DNA of 64,000 nt from Escherichia coli. Lineage in GTDB: Bacteria; Pseudomonadota; Gammaproteobacteria; Enterobacterales; Enterobacteriaceae. This document shows, one piece after another, positions 37,719 through 49,076 of this stretch (its first letter is position 1; each line of letters begins with the position of its first letter). The stretch lies in assembly GCF_041886205.1 (NCBI RefSeq), contig NZ_CP169029.1. One strand, written 5' to 3'. Under the pieces are notes generated by a model. It made no database searches, was not told the DNA's origin, and was given only the letters and a program-made list of their open reading frames with translations. A program made the translations under genes and the position numbers.

Positions 37719-38507
37719 ATGCAAACGATTATCCGTGTCGAGAAGCTCGCCAAAACCTTCAATCAGCATCAGGCGCTGCATGCGGTTGATCTGAACATTC
37801 ATCACGGTGAAATGGTGGCTCTGCTTGGGCCGTCGGGTTCCGGCAAATCCACCCTTTTACGTCACTTAAGCGGTTTGATTACCGGCGATAAATCCGCCGG
37901 CAGCCATATCGAGCTGCTGGGCCGCACAGTCCAGCGCGAAGGCCGTCTGGCGCGCGATATCCGCAAAAGCCGCGCCAACACCGGCTACATCTTCCAACAA
38001 TTCAACCTGGTGAACCGCCTGAGCGTACTGGAGAACGTGCTGATTGGCGCGCTCGGCAGCACGCCGTTCTGGCGCACCTGTTTTAGCTGGTTTACCCGCG
38101 AGCAGAAACAACGCGCGTTACAGGCGCTGACCCGCGTTGGCATGGTGCATTTTGCCCATCAACGCGTTTCCACCCTCTCCGGCGGACAGCAGCAGCGTGT
38201 GGCGATTGCCCGCGCGCTGATGCAGCAGGCGAAGGTGATTCTGGCCGATGAACCCATCGCCTCGCTGGACCCGGAATCCGCCCGCATCGTGATGGACACC
38301 CTGCGCGACATCAATCAGAACGACGGCATCACCGTGGTCGTCACGCTGCATCAGGTGGATTACGCCCTGCGCTACTGCGAACGCATCGTCGCCCTGCGCC
38401 AGGGGCACGTTTTCTACGACGGCAGCAGCCAACAGTTTGATAACGAACGTTTTGACCATCTCTACCGCAGCATTAATCGCATCGAAGAGAACGCGAAAGC
38501 TGCCTGA
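37719..38507 (+). CDS. phnC: phosphonate ABC transporter ATPase
   Basis: 262 aa; Walker [10 protein letters not shown], signature LSGGQQQR. Confidence 0.96.
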   Translation: MQTIIRVEKLAKTFNQHQALHAVDLNIHHGEMVALLGPSGSGKSTLLRHLSGLITGDKSAGSHIELLGRTVQREGRLARDIRKSRANTGYIFQQFNLVNRLSVLENVLIGALGSTPFWRTCFSWFTREQKQRALQALTRVGMVHFAHQRVSTLSGGQQQRVAIARALMQQAKVILADEPIASLDPESARIVMDTLRDINQNDGITVVVTLHQVDYALRYCERIVALRQGHVFYDGSSQQFDNERFDHLYRSINRIEENAKAA

Positions 38508-38531
38508 CATCCCCATCATTGAGGAAAACGA

Positions 38532-39548
38532 ATGAACGCTAAGATAATTGCCTCGCTGGCCTTCACCAGCATGTTCAGCCTCAGCACCCTGTTAAGCCCG
38601 GCACACGCCGAAGAGCAGGAAAAGGCGCTGAATTTCGGCATTATTTCAACGGAATCACAGCAAAACCTGAAACCGCAATGGACGCCATTCTTACAGGATA
38701 TGGAGAAGAAGCTGGGCGTGAAGGTGAACGCCTTCTTTGCCCCAGACTACGCAGGCATTATCCAGGGAATGCGCTTCAATAAAGTGGATATCGCCTGGTA
38801 CGGCAACCTGTCGGCAATGGAAGCGGTGGATCGCGCCAACGGCCAGGTCTTCGCTCAGACCGTCGCGGCGGACGGATCGCCGGGTTACTGGAGCGTGTTG
38901 ATCGTCAACAAAGATAGTCCGATCAACAACCTGAACGATCTGCTGGCGAAGCGGAAAGATCTCACCTTCGGCAATGGCGATCCTAACTCCACCTCTGGCT
39001 TCCTCGTCCCCGGTTACTACGTCTTTGCCAAAAACAATATCTCCGCCAGCGACTTCAAGCGCACCGTCAACGCCGGGCATGAAACCAACGCGCTGGCCGT
39101 CGCCAACAAGCAGGTGGATGTTGCCACCAACAACACCGAAAACCTCGACAAGCTGAAAACCTCCGCGCCAGAGAAGCTGAAAGAACTGAAGGTGATCTGG
39201 AAGTCGCCGCTGATCCCAGGCGATCCGATCGTCTGGCGCAAGAATCTTTCCGAAACCACCAAAGACAAGATCTACGACTTCTTTATGAACTACGGCAAAA
39301 CGCCGGAAGAAAAAGCGGTGCTGGAACGCCTGGGCTGGGCGCCATTCCGCGCTTCCAGCGACCTGCAACTGGTGCCGATTCGCCAGCTCGCGCTGTTTAA
39401 AGAGATGCAGGGCGTGAAAAGCAATAAAGGACTGAATGAGCAGGACAAGCTGGCAAAAACCACCGAGATTCAGGCGCAGCTGGATGACCTGGACCGCCTG
39501 AACAACGCGCTAAGCGCGATGAGTTCGGTGAGTAAAGCGGTGCAGTAA
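38532..39548 (+). CDS. phnD: phosphonate ABC transporter periplasmic binding protein
   Basis: 338 aa; signal peptide. Confidence 0.96.
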   Translation: MNAKIIASLAFTSMFSLSTLLSPAHAEEQEKALNFGIISTESQQNLKPQWTPFLQDMEKKLGVKVNAFFAPDYAGIIQGMRFNKVDIAWYGNLSAMEAVDRANGQVFAQTVAADGSPGYWSVLIVNKDSPINNLNDLLAKRKDLTFGNGDPNSTSGFLVPGYYVFAKNNISASDFKRTVNAGHETNALAVANKQVDVATNNTENLDKLKTSAPEKLKELKVIWKSPLIPGDPIVWRKNLSETTKDKIYDFFMNYGKTPEEKAVLERLGWAPFRASSDLQLVPIRQLALFKEMQGVKSNKGLNEQDKLAKTTEIQAQLDDLDRLNNALSAMSSVSKAVQ

Positions 39549-39550
39549 AT

Positions 39551-39640
39551 CGTAGGTCGGATAAGACGCCCCGGCGTCGCATCCGACAATGTGCAGGCGT
39601 TGATGCCGGATGCGGTGCAAGCACCTTATCCGGCCTACAG
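39551..39640. repeat. REP units between phnD and phnE
   Basis: GTAGGTCGGATAAGACGC...GCATCCGACA and GCCGGATGCGG...CTTATCCGGCCTAC. Confidence 0.85.
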
Positions 39641-39653
39641 ACCGGAGCCAAAC

Positions 39654-40433
39654 ATGCAAACCATCACCATCGCCCCACCCAAGCGCAGCTGGTTCTCGCT
39701 TCTGAGCTGGGCCGTTGTTCTCGCCGTGCTGGTCGTCTCGTGGCAGGGCGCGGAAATGGCCCCGCTCACGCTGATTAAAGACGGCGGCAACATGGCAACC
39801 TTCGCTGCCGACTTCTTCCCGCCCGATTTCAGCCAGTGGCAGGATTACCTCACCGAAATGGCCGTCACGCTGCAAATCGCCGTCTGGGGCACCGCGCTGG
39901 CGGTGGTTCTCTCCATCCCCTTTGGCCTGATGAGCGCCGAAAACCTGGTGCCGTGGTGGGTTTACCAGCCCGTTCGCCGCCTGATGGACGCCTGCCGCGC
40001 CATTAACGAAATGGTCTTCGCCATGCTGTTCGTGGTCGCCGTCGGTCTCGGACCGTTCGCTGGCGTGCTGGCGCTATTTATCCACACCACCGGCGTGCTC
40101 TCCAAGCTGCTTTCCGAAGCGGTAGAAGCAATTGAACCTGGCCCGGTGGAAGGCATTCGCGCCACCGGTGCCAACAAGCTCGAAGAGATCCTCTACGGCG
40201 TGCTGCCACAGGTGATGCCACTGCTGATCTCCTACTCCCTCTATCGCTTCGAATCCAACGTCCGCTCGGCGACCGTCGTCGGCATGGTCGGCGCAGGCGG
40301 GATCGGCGTCACCCTGTGGGAAGCGATTCGCGGTTTCCAGTTCCAACAAACCTGCGCCCTGATGGTGCTTATCATCGTCACGGTCAGCCTGCTGGATTTC
40401 CTCTCTCAACGGTTGCGTAAGCACTTTATCTGA
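39654..40433 (+). CDS. phnE: phosphonate ABC transporter permease (uninterrupted reading frame)
   Basis: 259 aa from [17 protein letters not shown]...; polytopic permease; continuous ORF. Confidence 0.88.
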
Positions 40434-40453
40434 TAAGCGAGGCATTGATATCT

Positions 40454-41179
40454 ATGCACTTGTCTACACATCCGACCAGCTACCCAACACGCTATCAAGA
40501 GATAGCCGCAAAACTTGAGCAGGAGCTTCGTCAACACTACCGCTGCGGCGACTATCTTCCCGCCGAGCAGCAACTGGCAGCGCGCTTTGAGGTGAATCGC
40601 CACACCCTGCGCCGCGCCATCGACCAACTGGTGGAAAAAGGCTGGGTACAGCGCCGTCAGGGCGTCGGCGTGCTGGTGCTGATGCGCCCGTTCGATTACC
40701 CGCTCAACGCCCAGGCGCGTTTTAGCCAGAATCTGCTGGATCAGGGCAGCCATCCCACCAGCGAAAAACTGCTTTCGGTATTGCGCCCCGCGTCCGGCCA
40801 CGTCGCTGACGCACTGGGGATTACCGAGGGGGAGAACGTCATCCACCTGCGCACCCTGCGTCGTGTCAACGGCGTCGCGCTCTGTTTAATCGACCACTAC
40901 TTCGCGGACCTCACCCTCTGGCCGACGCTGCAACGCTTCGACAGCGGCTCGCTGCACGATTTTCTGCGCGAGCAAACCGGAATTGCGCTGCGCCGCAGCC
41001 AGACGCGGATCAGCGCCCGCCGCGCCCAGGCCAAAGAGTGCCAGCGTCTTGAAATCCCGAATATGTCGCCGCTGCTGTGCGTGCGCACCCTTAACCACCG
41101 TGACGGTGAAAGCAGCCCGGCGGAGTACTCCGTCAGCCTGACGCGCGCCGACATGATTGAATTCACTATGGAGCACTGA
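40454..41179 (+). CDS. phnF: GntR-family repressor PhnF
   Basis: 241 aa from MHLSTHPTSYPTRYQEIAAKLEQ... Confidence 0.93.
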   Translation: MHLSTHPTSYPTRYQEIAAKLEQELRQHYRCGDYLPAEQQLAARFEVNRHTLRRAIDQLVEKGWVQRRQGVGVLVLMRPFDYPLNAQARFSQNLLDQGSHPTSEKLLSVLRPASGHVADALGITEGENVIHLRTLRRVNGVALCLIDHYFADLTLWPTLQRFDSGSLHDFLREQTGIALRRSQTRISARRAQAKECQRLEIPNMSPLLCVRTLNHRDGESSPAEYSVSLTRADMIEFTMEH

Positions 41180-41632
41180 ATGCACGCAGATACCGCGACC
41201 CGCCAGCACTGGATGTCCGTGCTGGCGCACAGCCAACCGGCTGAACTGGCAGCACGCCTGAACGCGCTAAACATCACCGCCGACTATGAGGTGATCCGCG
41301 CCGCTGAAACTGGCCTGGTACAGATTCAGGCGCGGATGGGCGGCACCGGCGAACGTTTTTTTGCCGGCGACGCCACGCTGACCCGCGCCGCCGTGCGCCT
41401 GACTGACGGCACGCTCGGCTACAGCTGGGTGCAGGGGCGTGATAAACAGCACGCCGAACGCTGCGCGCTGATTGACGCGCTGATGCAGCAATCTCGCCAC
41501 TTTCAAAACTTATCAGAAACCCTTATTGCCCCGCTGGACGCTGACCGTATGGCACGCATTGCCGCACGCCAGGCCGAAGTGAACGCCAGCCGGGTCGACT
41601 TCTTTACGATGGTTCGCGGAGACAACGCATGA
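41180..41632 (+). CDS. phnG: C-P lyase core complex subunit PhnG
   Basis: 150 aa; operon position. Confidence 0.93.
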
Positions 41633-42213
41633 CCCTGGAAACCGCTTTTATGCTTCCCGTGCAGGATGCCCAGCACAGTTTTCGTCGCCTGTTAAAGGCC
41701 ATGAGCGAGCCGGGCGTGATTGTCGCCCTGCATCAGCTCAAACGCGGCTGGCAACCGCTGAATATCGCCACCACCAGCGTGCTGCTGACGCTGGCCGATA
41801 ACGACACGCCGGTGTGGCTTTCTACCCCATTAAATAACGATATCGTCAACCAGAGCCTGCGTTTTCATACCAACGCGCCGCTGGTCAGCCAGCCGGAACA
41901 GGCGACCTTCGCGGTGACGGATGAGGCGATTTCCAGCGAACAGCTCAACGCCCTTTCCACCGGCACCGCCGTTGCGCCGGAAGCGGGTGCGACGCTGATT
42001 TTACAGGTCGCCAGCCTGAGCGGCGGACGCATGTTGCGCCTTACTGGTGCGGGTATTGCCGAAGAACGAATGATCGCTCCGCAGCTGCCGGAGTGCATTC
42101 TGCACGAACTCACCGAGCGCCCGCATCCGTTCCCGCTCGGCATCGACCTGATCCTGACCTGTGGCGAGCGCCTGCTGGCTATTCCGCGAACCACTCATGT
42201 GGAGGTGTGCTGA
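41629..42213 (+). CDS. phnH: C-P lyase core complex subunit PhnH
   Basis: 194 aa; overlapping start/stop with neighbours. Confidence 0.93.
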
Positions 42214-43277
42214 TGTACGTTGCCGTGAAAGGGGGCGAGAAGGCGATCGACGCCGCCCACGCCCTGCAAGAGAGCCGACGCCGAGGCGATACCGATTTGC
42301 CCGAACTGAGCGTCGCCCAGATTGAACAGCAGCTTAACCTCGCGGTAGATCGCGTGATGACCGAAGGCGGCATTGCCGACCGCGAACTGGCGGCGCTGGC
42401 GCTGAAACAGGCCAGCGGCGATAACGTTGAAGCGATTTTCCTGCTGCGCGCCTACCGCACCACGTTGGCGAAGCTGGCGGTAAGCGAGCCGCTCGACACC
42501 ACCGGGATGCGTCTCGAACGCCGTATCTCCGCCGTTTATAAAGACATTCCCGGCGGCCAGCTGCTTGGCCCAACCTACGACTACACCCATCGCCTGCTCG
42601 ATTTTACCCTGCTGGCAAACGGCGAAGCGCCGACGCTGACCACCGCCGACAGCGAACAGCAGCCGTCGCCGCACGTTTTCAGCCTGCTGGCGCGTCAGGG
42701 GCTGGCGAAGTTTGAAGAGGATAGCGGCGCACAGCCGGATGACATCACCCGCACGCCGCCGGTTTACCCCTGCTCACGCTCCTCCCGTTTGCAGCAGTTG
42801 ATGCGCGGCGACGAAGGCTATTTGCTGGCGCTGGCCTACTCCACCCAACGCGGTTACGGGCGCAATCACCCGTTCGCAGGCGAGATCCGCAGCGGCTATA
42901 TCGACGTGTCGATTGTGCCGGAAGAGCTGGGATTTGCGGTGAACGTCGGCGAACTGCTGATGACTGAGTGTGAAATGGTTAACGGTTTTATCGACCCGCC
43001 GGGTGAGCCGCCGCACTTCACGCGCGGCTACGGGCTGGTGTTCGGCATGAGCGAGCGCAAAGCGATGGCGATGGCGCTGGTCGACCGCGCTCTGCAAGCC
43101 CCGGAGTACGGCGAGCACGCGACAGGCCCGGCGCAGGATGAAGAGTTCGTGCTGGCACATGCCGACAACGTCGAAGCCGCAGGCTTTGTCTCACACCTCA
43201 AACTCCCCCACTACGTCGATTTCCAGGCCGAACTGGAGCTACTCAAACGTCTGCAACAGGAGCAGAACCATGGCTAA
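42213..43277 (+). CDS. phnI: C-P lyase subunit PhnI (nucleosidase)
   Basis: 354 aa from [13 protein letters not shown]... Confidence 0.93.
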   Translation: MYVAVKGGEKAIDAAHALQESRRRGDTDLPELSVAQIEQQLNLAVDRVMTEGGIADRELAALALKQASGDNVEAIFLLRAYRTTLAKLAVSEPLDTTGMRLERRISAVYKDIPGGQLLGPTYDYTHRLLDFTLLANGEAPTLTTADSEQQPSPHVFSLLARQGLAKFEEDSGAQPDDITRTPPVYPCSRSSRLQQLMRGDEGYLLALAYSTQRGYGRNHPFAGEIRSGYIDVSIVPEELGFAVNVGELLMTECEMVNGFIDPPGEPPHFTRGYGLVFGMSERKAMAMALVDRALQAPEYGEHATGPAQDEEFVLAHADNVEAAGFVSHLKLPHYVDFQAELELLKRLQQEQNHG

Positions 43278-44115
43278 TCTGAGCGGCTACAACTTTGCCT
43301 ACCTCGACGAGCAGACCAAACGCATGATCCGCCGCGCCATCTTAAAAGCGGTGGCGATCCCCGGTTATCAGGTGCCGTTTGGCGGGCGCGAGATGCCGAT
43401 GCCGTACGGCTGGGGAACCGGCGGCATTCAGCTTACCGCCAGCGTGATTGGCGAAAGCGACGTGCTGAAGGTGATTGACCAGGGCGCGGATGACACCACC
43501 AACGCCGTGTCGATTCGCAACTTCTTCAAGCGCGTGACCGGGGTAAACACCACGGAACGTACGGACGATGCGACGGTTATCCAGACGCGTCACCGCATCC
43601 CCGAAACGCCGCTGACCGAAGATCAGATAATTATCTTCCAGGTGCCAATCCCCGAGCCGCTGCGCTTTATCGAGCCGCGCGAAACGGAAACCCGCACCAT
43701 GCACGCGCTGGAAGAGTACGGCGTGATGCAGGTGAAACTGTATGAAGATATCGCCCGCTTCGGTCATATCGCCACCACCTACGCCTATCCGGTGAAGGTA
43801 AATGGGCGCTACGTGATGGACCCGTCGCCGATCCCGAAATTCGATAACCCAAAAATGGACATGATGCCCGCCCTGCAACTGTTCGGCGCGGGGCGCGAGA
43901 AGCGCATCTATGCGGTGCCGCCGTTTACCCGCGTGGAAAGTCTCGATTTCGACGATCACCCGTTCACCGTTCAGCAGTGGGATGAGCCATGCGCCATCTG
44001 CGGATCGACCCACAGCTATCTTGATGAAGTGGTGCTGGATGACGCCGGAAACCGCATGTTTGTCTGCTCCGATACCGATTATTGCCGCCAACAGAGCGAG
44101 GCAAAAAACCAATGA
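43270..44115 (+). CDS. phnJ: C-P lyase PhnJ (radical SAM, C-P bond cleavage)
   Basis: 281 aa from MANLSGYNFAYLDEQ...; C-terminal Cys cluster CAICGSTHSYLDEVVLDDAGNRMFVCSDTDYC. Confidence 0.95.
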   Translation: MANLSGYNFAYLDEQTKRMIRRAILKAVAIPGYQVPFGGREMPMPYGWGTGGIQLTASVIGESDVLKVIDQGADDTTNAVSIRNFFKRVTGVNTTERTDDATVIQTRHRIPETPLTEDQIIIFQVPIPEPLRFIEPRETETRTMHALEEYGVMQVKLYEDIARFGHIATTYAYPVKVNGRYVMDPSPIPKFDNPKMDMMPALQLFGAGREKRIYAVPPFTRVESLDFDDHPFTVQQWDEPCAICGSTHSYLDEVVLDDAGNRMFVCSDTDYCRQQSEAKNQ

Positions 44116-44870
44116 ATCAACCGTTACTTTCGGTCAATAACCTGACCCACCTTTACGCGCCGGGCAAAGGCTTTAGCGATGTCTCTTTTGATTTATGGCC
44201 GGGGGAAGTGCTGGGCATTGTCGGGGAATCCGGCTCCGGGAAGACCACGCTGCTGAAGTCGATCTCCGCGCGCCTGACGCCGCAGCAGGGGGAAATTCAC
44301 TACGAGAACCGTTCGCTGTATGCAATGAGCGAGGCCGACCGCCGTCGCCTGCTGCGTACCGAATGGGGCGTGGTGCATCAGCATCCACTCGACGGCCTGC
44401 GCCGCCAGGTGTCGGCAGGCGGCAATATCGGCGAGCGGCTGATGGCGACCGGGGCACGTCATTACGGCGATATTCGTGCCACCGCGCAGAAGTGGCTGGA
44501 AGAGGTGGAGATTCCCGCCAACCGGATCGACGACCTGCCGACCACCTTTTCCGGCGGTATGCAGCAGCGTTTGCAGATTGCCCGCAACCTGGTGACGCAT
44601 CCGAAGCTGGTGTTTATGGATGAACCGACCGGCGGGCTGGATGTGTCGGTGCAGGCCCGCCTGCTCGACCTGCTGCGCGGCCTGGTGGTGGAGCTGAACC
44701 TCGCGGTGGTGATTGTCACCCATGATTTAGGCGTCGCCCGCCTGCTGGCGGACCGTTTGCTGGTGATGAAGCAGGGGCAAGTGGTGGAGAGTGGGTTAAC
44801 CGACCGCGTGCTCGACGACCCGCATCATCCGTATACACAGCTGCTGGTGTCATCGGTTTTGCAGAATTGA
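44112..44870 (+). CDS. phnK: C-P lyase accessory ATP-binding protein PhnK
   Basis: 252 aa; Walker [10 protein letters not shown]. Confidence 0.94.
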
Positions 44871-44960
<90 letters not shown>

Positions 44961-44980
44961 CCCGAACCACGAGGCGAAAA

Positions 44981-45661
44981 ATGATTAACGTACAAAACGT
45001 CAGTAAAACCTTCATCCTGCACCAGCAAAACGGCGTGCGCCTGCCCGTCCTCAATCGCGCCTCGCTCACCGTCAACGCGGGCGAATGCGTGGTGCTCCAC
45101 GGCCATTCCGGCAGCGGCAAATCAACTCTGCTACGCTCGCTGTACGCCAACTATCTACCCGACGAAGGTCAAATCCAGATCAAACACGGTGACGAGTGGG
45201 TAGACCTGGTCACCGCGCCAGCGCGCAAAGTGGTGGAAATCCGCAAAACCACCGTCGGCTGGGTGAGCCAGTTTCTGCGCGTCATCCCGCGTATCTCAGC
45301 ACTGGAAGTGGTGATGCAGCCGCTGCTCGATACCGGCGTTCCGCGTGAAGCCTGCGCCGCTAAAGCCGCGCGTCTTCTCACCCGCCTGAACGTGCCGGAA
45401 CGCCTGTGGCACCTGGCACCATCGACATTTTCCGGTGGCGAACAGCAGCGCGTCAACATCGCCCGCGGCTTTATCGTCGACTACCCCATTCTGCTGCTTG
45501 ACGAACCTACCGCCTCGCTGGACGCCAAAAACAGCGCCGCGGTGGTGGAACTGATTCGCGAAGCCAAAACCCGTGGCGCAGCCATCGTAGGCATCTTCCA
45601 TGACGAAGCTGTACGTAATGACGTCGCCGACCGCCTGCACCCAATGGGAGCCTCTTCATGA
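44981..45661 (+). CDS. phnL: C-P lyase ATP-binding protein PhnL
   Basis: 226 aa from [11 protein letters not shown]...; Walker [10 protein letters not shown]. Confidence 0.94.
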
Positions 45662-46794
45662 TTATCAATAACGTTAAGCTGGTGCTGGAAAACGAGGTGG
45701 TAAGCGGTTCGCTGGAGGTGCAGAACGGCGAAATCCGCGCCTTTGCCGAAAGCCAGAGCCGCCTGCCGGAGGCGATGGACGGCGAAGGCGGCTGGCTGCT
45801 GCCGGGGCTGATTGAGCTGCATACCGATAATCTGGATAAATTCTTCACCCCGCGCCCGAAAGTTGACTGGCCTGCCCACTCGGCGATGAGCAGCCACGAC
45901 GCGCTGATGGTGGCGAGCGGCATCACCACCGTACTGGATGCCGTGGCAATTGGCGACGTGCGCGACGGCGGCGATCGGCTGGAGAATCTGGAGAAGATGA
46001 TCAACGCCATCGAAGAGACGCAGAAACGCGGCGTCAACCGCGCCGAGCACCGTCTGCATCTGCGCTGCGAACTGCCGCATCACACCACGCTGCCGCTGTT
46101 TGAAAAACTGGTGCAGCGCGAGCCGGTGACGCTGGTGTCGCTGATGGACCACTCGCCGGGCCAGCGCCAGTTCGCCAACCGCGAGAAGTATCGCGAATAT
46201 TATCAGGGCAAATACTCCCTCACTGATGCGCAGATGCAGCAGTACGAAGAAGAGCAACTGGCGCTCGCCGCACGCTGGTCGCAGCCGAATCGCGAATCCA
46301 TCGCCGCCCTGTGCCGCGCGCGAAAAATTGCGCTTGCCAGCCACGATGACGCCACCCACGCCCACGTTGCTGAATCTCACCAGCTTGGCAGCGTGATCGC
46401 CGAATTTCCCACCACGTTCGAAGCGGCGGAAGCCTCGCGCAAGCATGGCATGAACGTGCTGATGGGCGCGCCGAATATTGTGCGCGGCGGCTCGCACTCC
46501 GGCAACGTGGCGGCCAGTGAACTGGCGCAGCTTGGCCTGCTGGATATCCTCTCTTCCGACTACTACCCCGCCAGCCTGCTCGATGCGGCATTTCGCGTCG
46601 CCGATGACGAGAGCAACCGCTTTACGCTGCCGCAGGCGGTGAAGCTGGTGACTAAAAATCCAGCGCAGGCGCTTAATCTCCAGGATCGCGGGGTGATTGG
46701 CGAGGGCAAACGCGCCGACCTGGTGCTGGCGCATCGCAAGGACAATCATATTCATATCGACCACGTCTGGCGTCAGGGTAAAAGGGTGTTCTGA
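45658..46794 (+). CDS. phnM: RPnTP diphosphohydrolase PhnM (amidohydrolase family)
   Basis: 378 aa; HxH-type metal site (ELHTDNLDK). Confidence 0.94.
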
Positions 46795-47351
46795 TGATGG
46801 GAAAACTGATTTGGTTAATGGGGCCGTCCGGCTCCGGGAAAGACAGCCTGCTGGCGGAACTCCGCCTGCGGGAACAAACTCAGTTACTGGTGGCGCATCG
46901 CTACATCACGCGCGATGCCAGCGCCGGAAGTGAAAACCATATCGCCCTGAGCGAGCAGGAGTTTTTTACCCGCGCGGGGCAAAATCTGTTGGCCTTAAGC
47001 TGGCACGCTAACGGTCTGTATTATGGCGTCGGCGTCGAGATTGATCTCTGGCTGCACGCCGGATTCGACGTGCTGGTCAACGGCTCACGCGCCCATCTGC
47101 CGCAGGCGCGGGCGCGCTATCAATCGGCGCTGCTGCCCGTCTGTTTACAGGTTTCGCCGGAGATCCTCCGCCAGCGCCTGGAAAACCGTGGCCGTGAAAA
47201 CGCCAGTGAAATTAACGCCCGCCTGGCGCGCGCCGCCCGCTATACTCCACAGGATTGCCATACGCTCAACAATGACGGCAGCCTGCGCCAGTCGGTCGAC
47301 ACGCTGCTGACGCTGATCCATCAGAAGGAGAAACACCATGCCTGCTTGTGA
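46794..47351 (+). CDS. phnN: ribose 1,5-bisphosphate phosphokinase PhnN
   Basis: 185 aa; P-loop [10 protein letters not shown]. Confidence 0.94.
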
Positions 47352-47772
47352 GCTTCGCCCGGCCACGCAGTACGACACCGACGCGGTTTACGCGCTGATT
47401 TGTGAGCTAAAACAGGCGGAGTTTGACCACCACGCGTTTCGCGTGGGTTTTAACGCCAATCTGCGCGACCCAAACATGCGCTACCATCTGGCGCTGCTTG
47501 ATGGCGAAGTTGTCGGCATGATCGGCCTGCATTTGCAGTTTCATCTGCATCATGTCAACTGGATCGGCGAAATTCAGGAGTTGGTGGTAATGCCGCAGGC
47601 GCGCGGTCTGAACGTCGGCAGTAAGTTACTGGCGTGGGCAGAAGAAGAAGCCCGCCAGGCCGGGGCCGAAATGACCGAACTTTCGACCAACGTGAAGCGC
47701 CACGACGCGCACCGTTTCTATCTGCGCGAAGGCTACGAGCAGAGCCACTTCCGCTTCACCAAGGCGCTGTAA
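47338..47772 (+). CDS. phnO: aminoalkylphosphonate N-acetyltransferase PhnO
   Basis: 144 aa; GNAT fold. Confidence 0.93.
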
Positions 47773-47773
47773 C

Positions 47774-48532
47774 ATGAGCCTGACCCTCACGCTCACCGGC
47801 ACCGGCGGCGCACAGGGCGTTCCGGCATGGGGCTGCGAGTGTGCGGCCTGCGCCAGAGCGCGGCGCTCGCCGCAGTATCGCCGCCAACCGTGCAGCGGCG
47901 TAGTGAAGTTTAACGACGCAATCACCCTGATCGACGCCGGGCTGCACGATCTCGCCGATCGTTGGTCGCCCGGATCGTTCCAGCAGTTTTTGCTGACGCA
48001 TTATCATATGGATCACGTCCAGGGGCTGTTTCCGCTGCGCTGGGGCGTTGGCGATCCGATCCCGGTTTACGGCCCGCCGGATGAACAGGGCTGCGACGAT
48101 CTGTTTAAACATCCGGGCCTGCTTGATTTCAGCCACACGGTGGAACCGTTTGTGGTGTTTGATTTGCAGGGGTTACAGGTCACGCCCCTGCCGCTCAACC
48201 ACTCAAAACTGACCTTCGGTTATCTGCTGGAAACGGCACACAGCCGGGTGGCGTGGCTGTCTGACACCGCAGGCTTGCCGGAAAAAACGCTGAAATTTTT
48301 ACGCAATAATCAGCCGCAGGTAATGGTGATGGATTGCAGTCACCCGCCGCGCGCGGATGCACCGCGTAATCACTGTGATTTAAATACCGTGCTTGCGCTG
48401 AATCAGGTTATCCGCTCGCCACGGGTGATTCTGACCCATATCAGCCACCAGTTTGATGCGTGGCTGATGGAAAACGCACTACCGTCAGGGTTTGAGGTGG
48501 GGTTTGATGGGATGGAGATTGGGGTGGCGTGA
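47774..48532 (+). CDS. phnP: phosphoribosyl cyclic phosphodiesterase PhnP (metallo-beta-lactamase fold)
   Basis: 252 aa; HxHxDH motif ([10 protein letters not shown]). Confidence 0.94.
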
Positions 48533-48540
48533 TGAGAGGG

Positions 48541-48660
48541 AATGTGCGCGCTGGCCCCCTCACCCTAACCCTCTCCCCAGAGGGGCGAGGGGACCGATTG
48601 TGCTCGATATTGAATATTGCGCTCGTTTTCTCCCTCTCCCCATTGGGGTGAGGGGCGATG
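48541..48660. repeat. paired G/C-rich palindromic intergenic repeats (BoxC-like)
   Basis: two copies of CCCTC(A/T)CCC...GGGG(C/T)GAGGGG-type imperfect palindromes; family name uncertain. Confidence 0.4.
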
Positions 48661-48678
48661 CCTGCTCCATACCCAACC

Positions 48679-49008
48679 TCATCGCCCATACTCATCTTCC
48701 ATTCTCCGCTCTTCATCCTCCAGTTGCCGACGCTCCTGATCAAGCTGGCGCTGGCGATCGTCCAGCTGCCTGCGGCGATCTTCAAACTGGCGGCGGCGGT
48801 CGTCATATTGTCTGCGCCGATCGTCGCTCACTTCACGCTGCCAGCCGTCGTCGCGCGAATCTTCATAGTCTCGCCCACGGTCAGGGTTATAAGCGTCATT
48901 AATCGCCTGCTGAATATTGCCAATGGTGTCGTCGATAATATCGGCCTGGGCCGGAACGGTGGACAGCGTGAGCAGGGTGAATAAAAGAAATAGCGGAAAG
49001 CGTTTCAT
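48679..49008 (-). CDS. yjdP: secreted low-complexity protein YjdP
   Basis: 109 aa; signal peptide MKRFPLFLLFTLLTLSTVPAQA followed by D/E/R/Q-rich repeats. Confidence 0.8.
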   Translation of the reverse strand: MKRFPLFLLFTLLTLSTVPAQADIIDDTIGNIQQAINDAYNPDRGRDYEDSRDDGWQREVSDDRRRQYDDRRRQFEDRRRQLDDRQRQLDQERRQLEDEERRMEDEYGR

Positions 49009-49076
49009 TAGCCAACCTCAAAAAGAAACTCTATCCACATTAATCATTACTCATCCATGCAAGTAGTGGATGAATC

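Noticed and set aside
39591-39653. N-terminal extension of phnE ([20 protein letters not shown]...)
   Set aside because: The extension is encoded by REP sequence; the true start is the downstream MQTITIAPP Met.
45481-46764. 427-aa ORF on the minus strand
   Set aside because: Antisense to phnL/phnM; Arg/Ala-rich low-complexity translation typical of GC-rich antisense frames.
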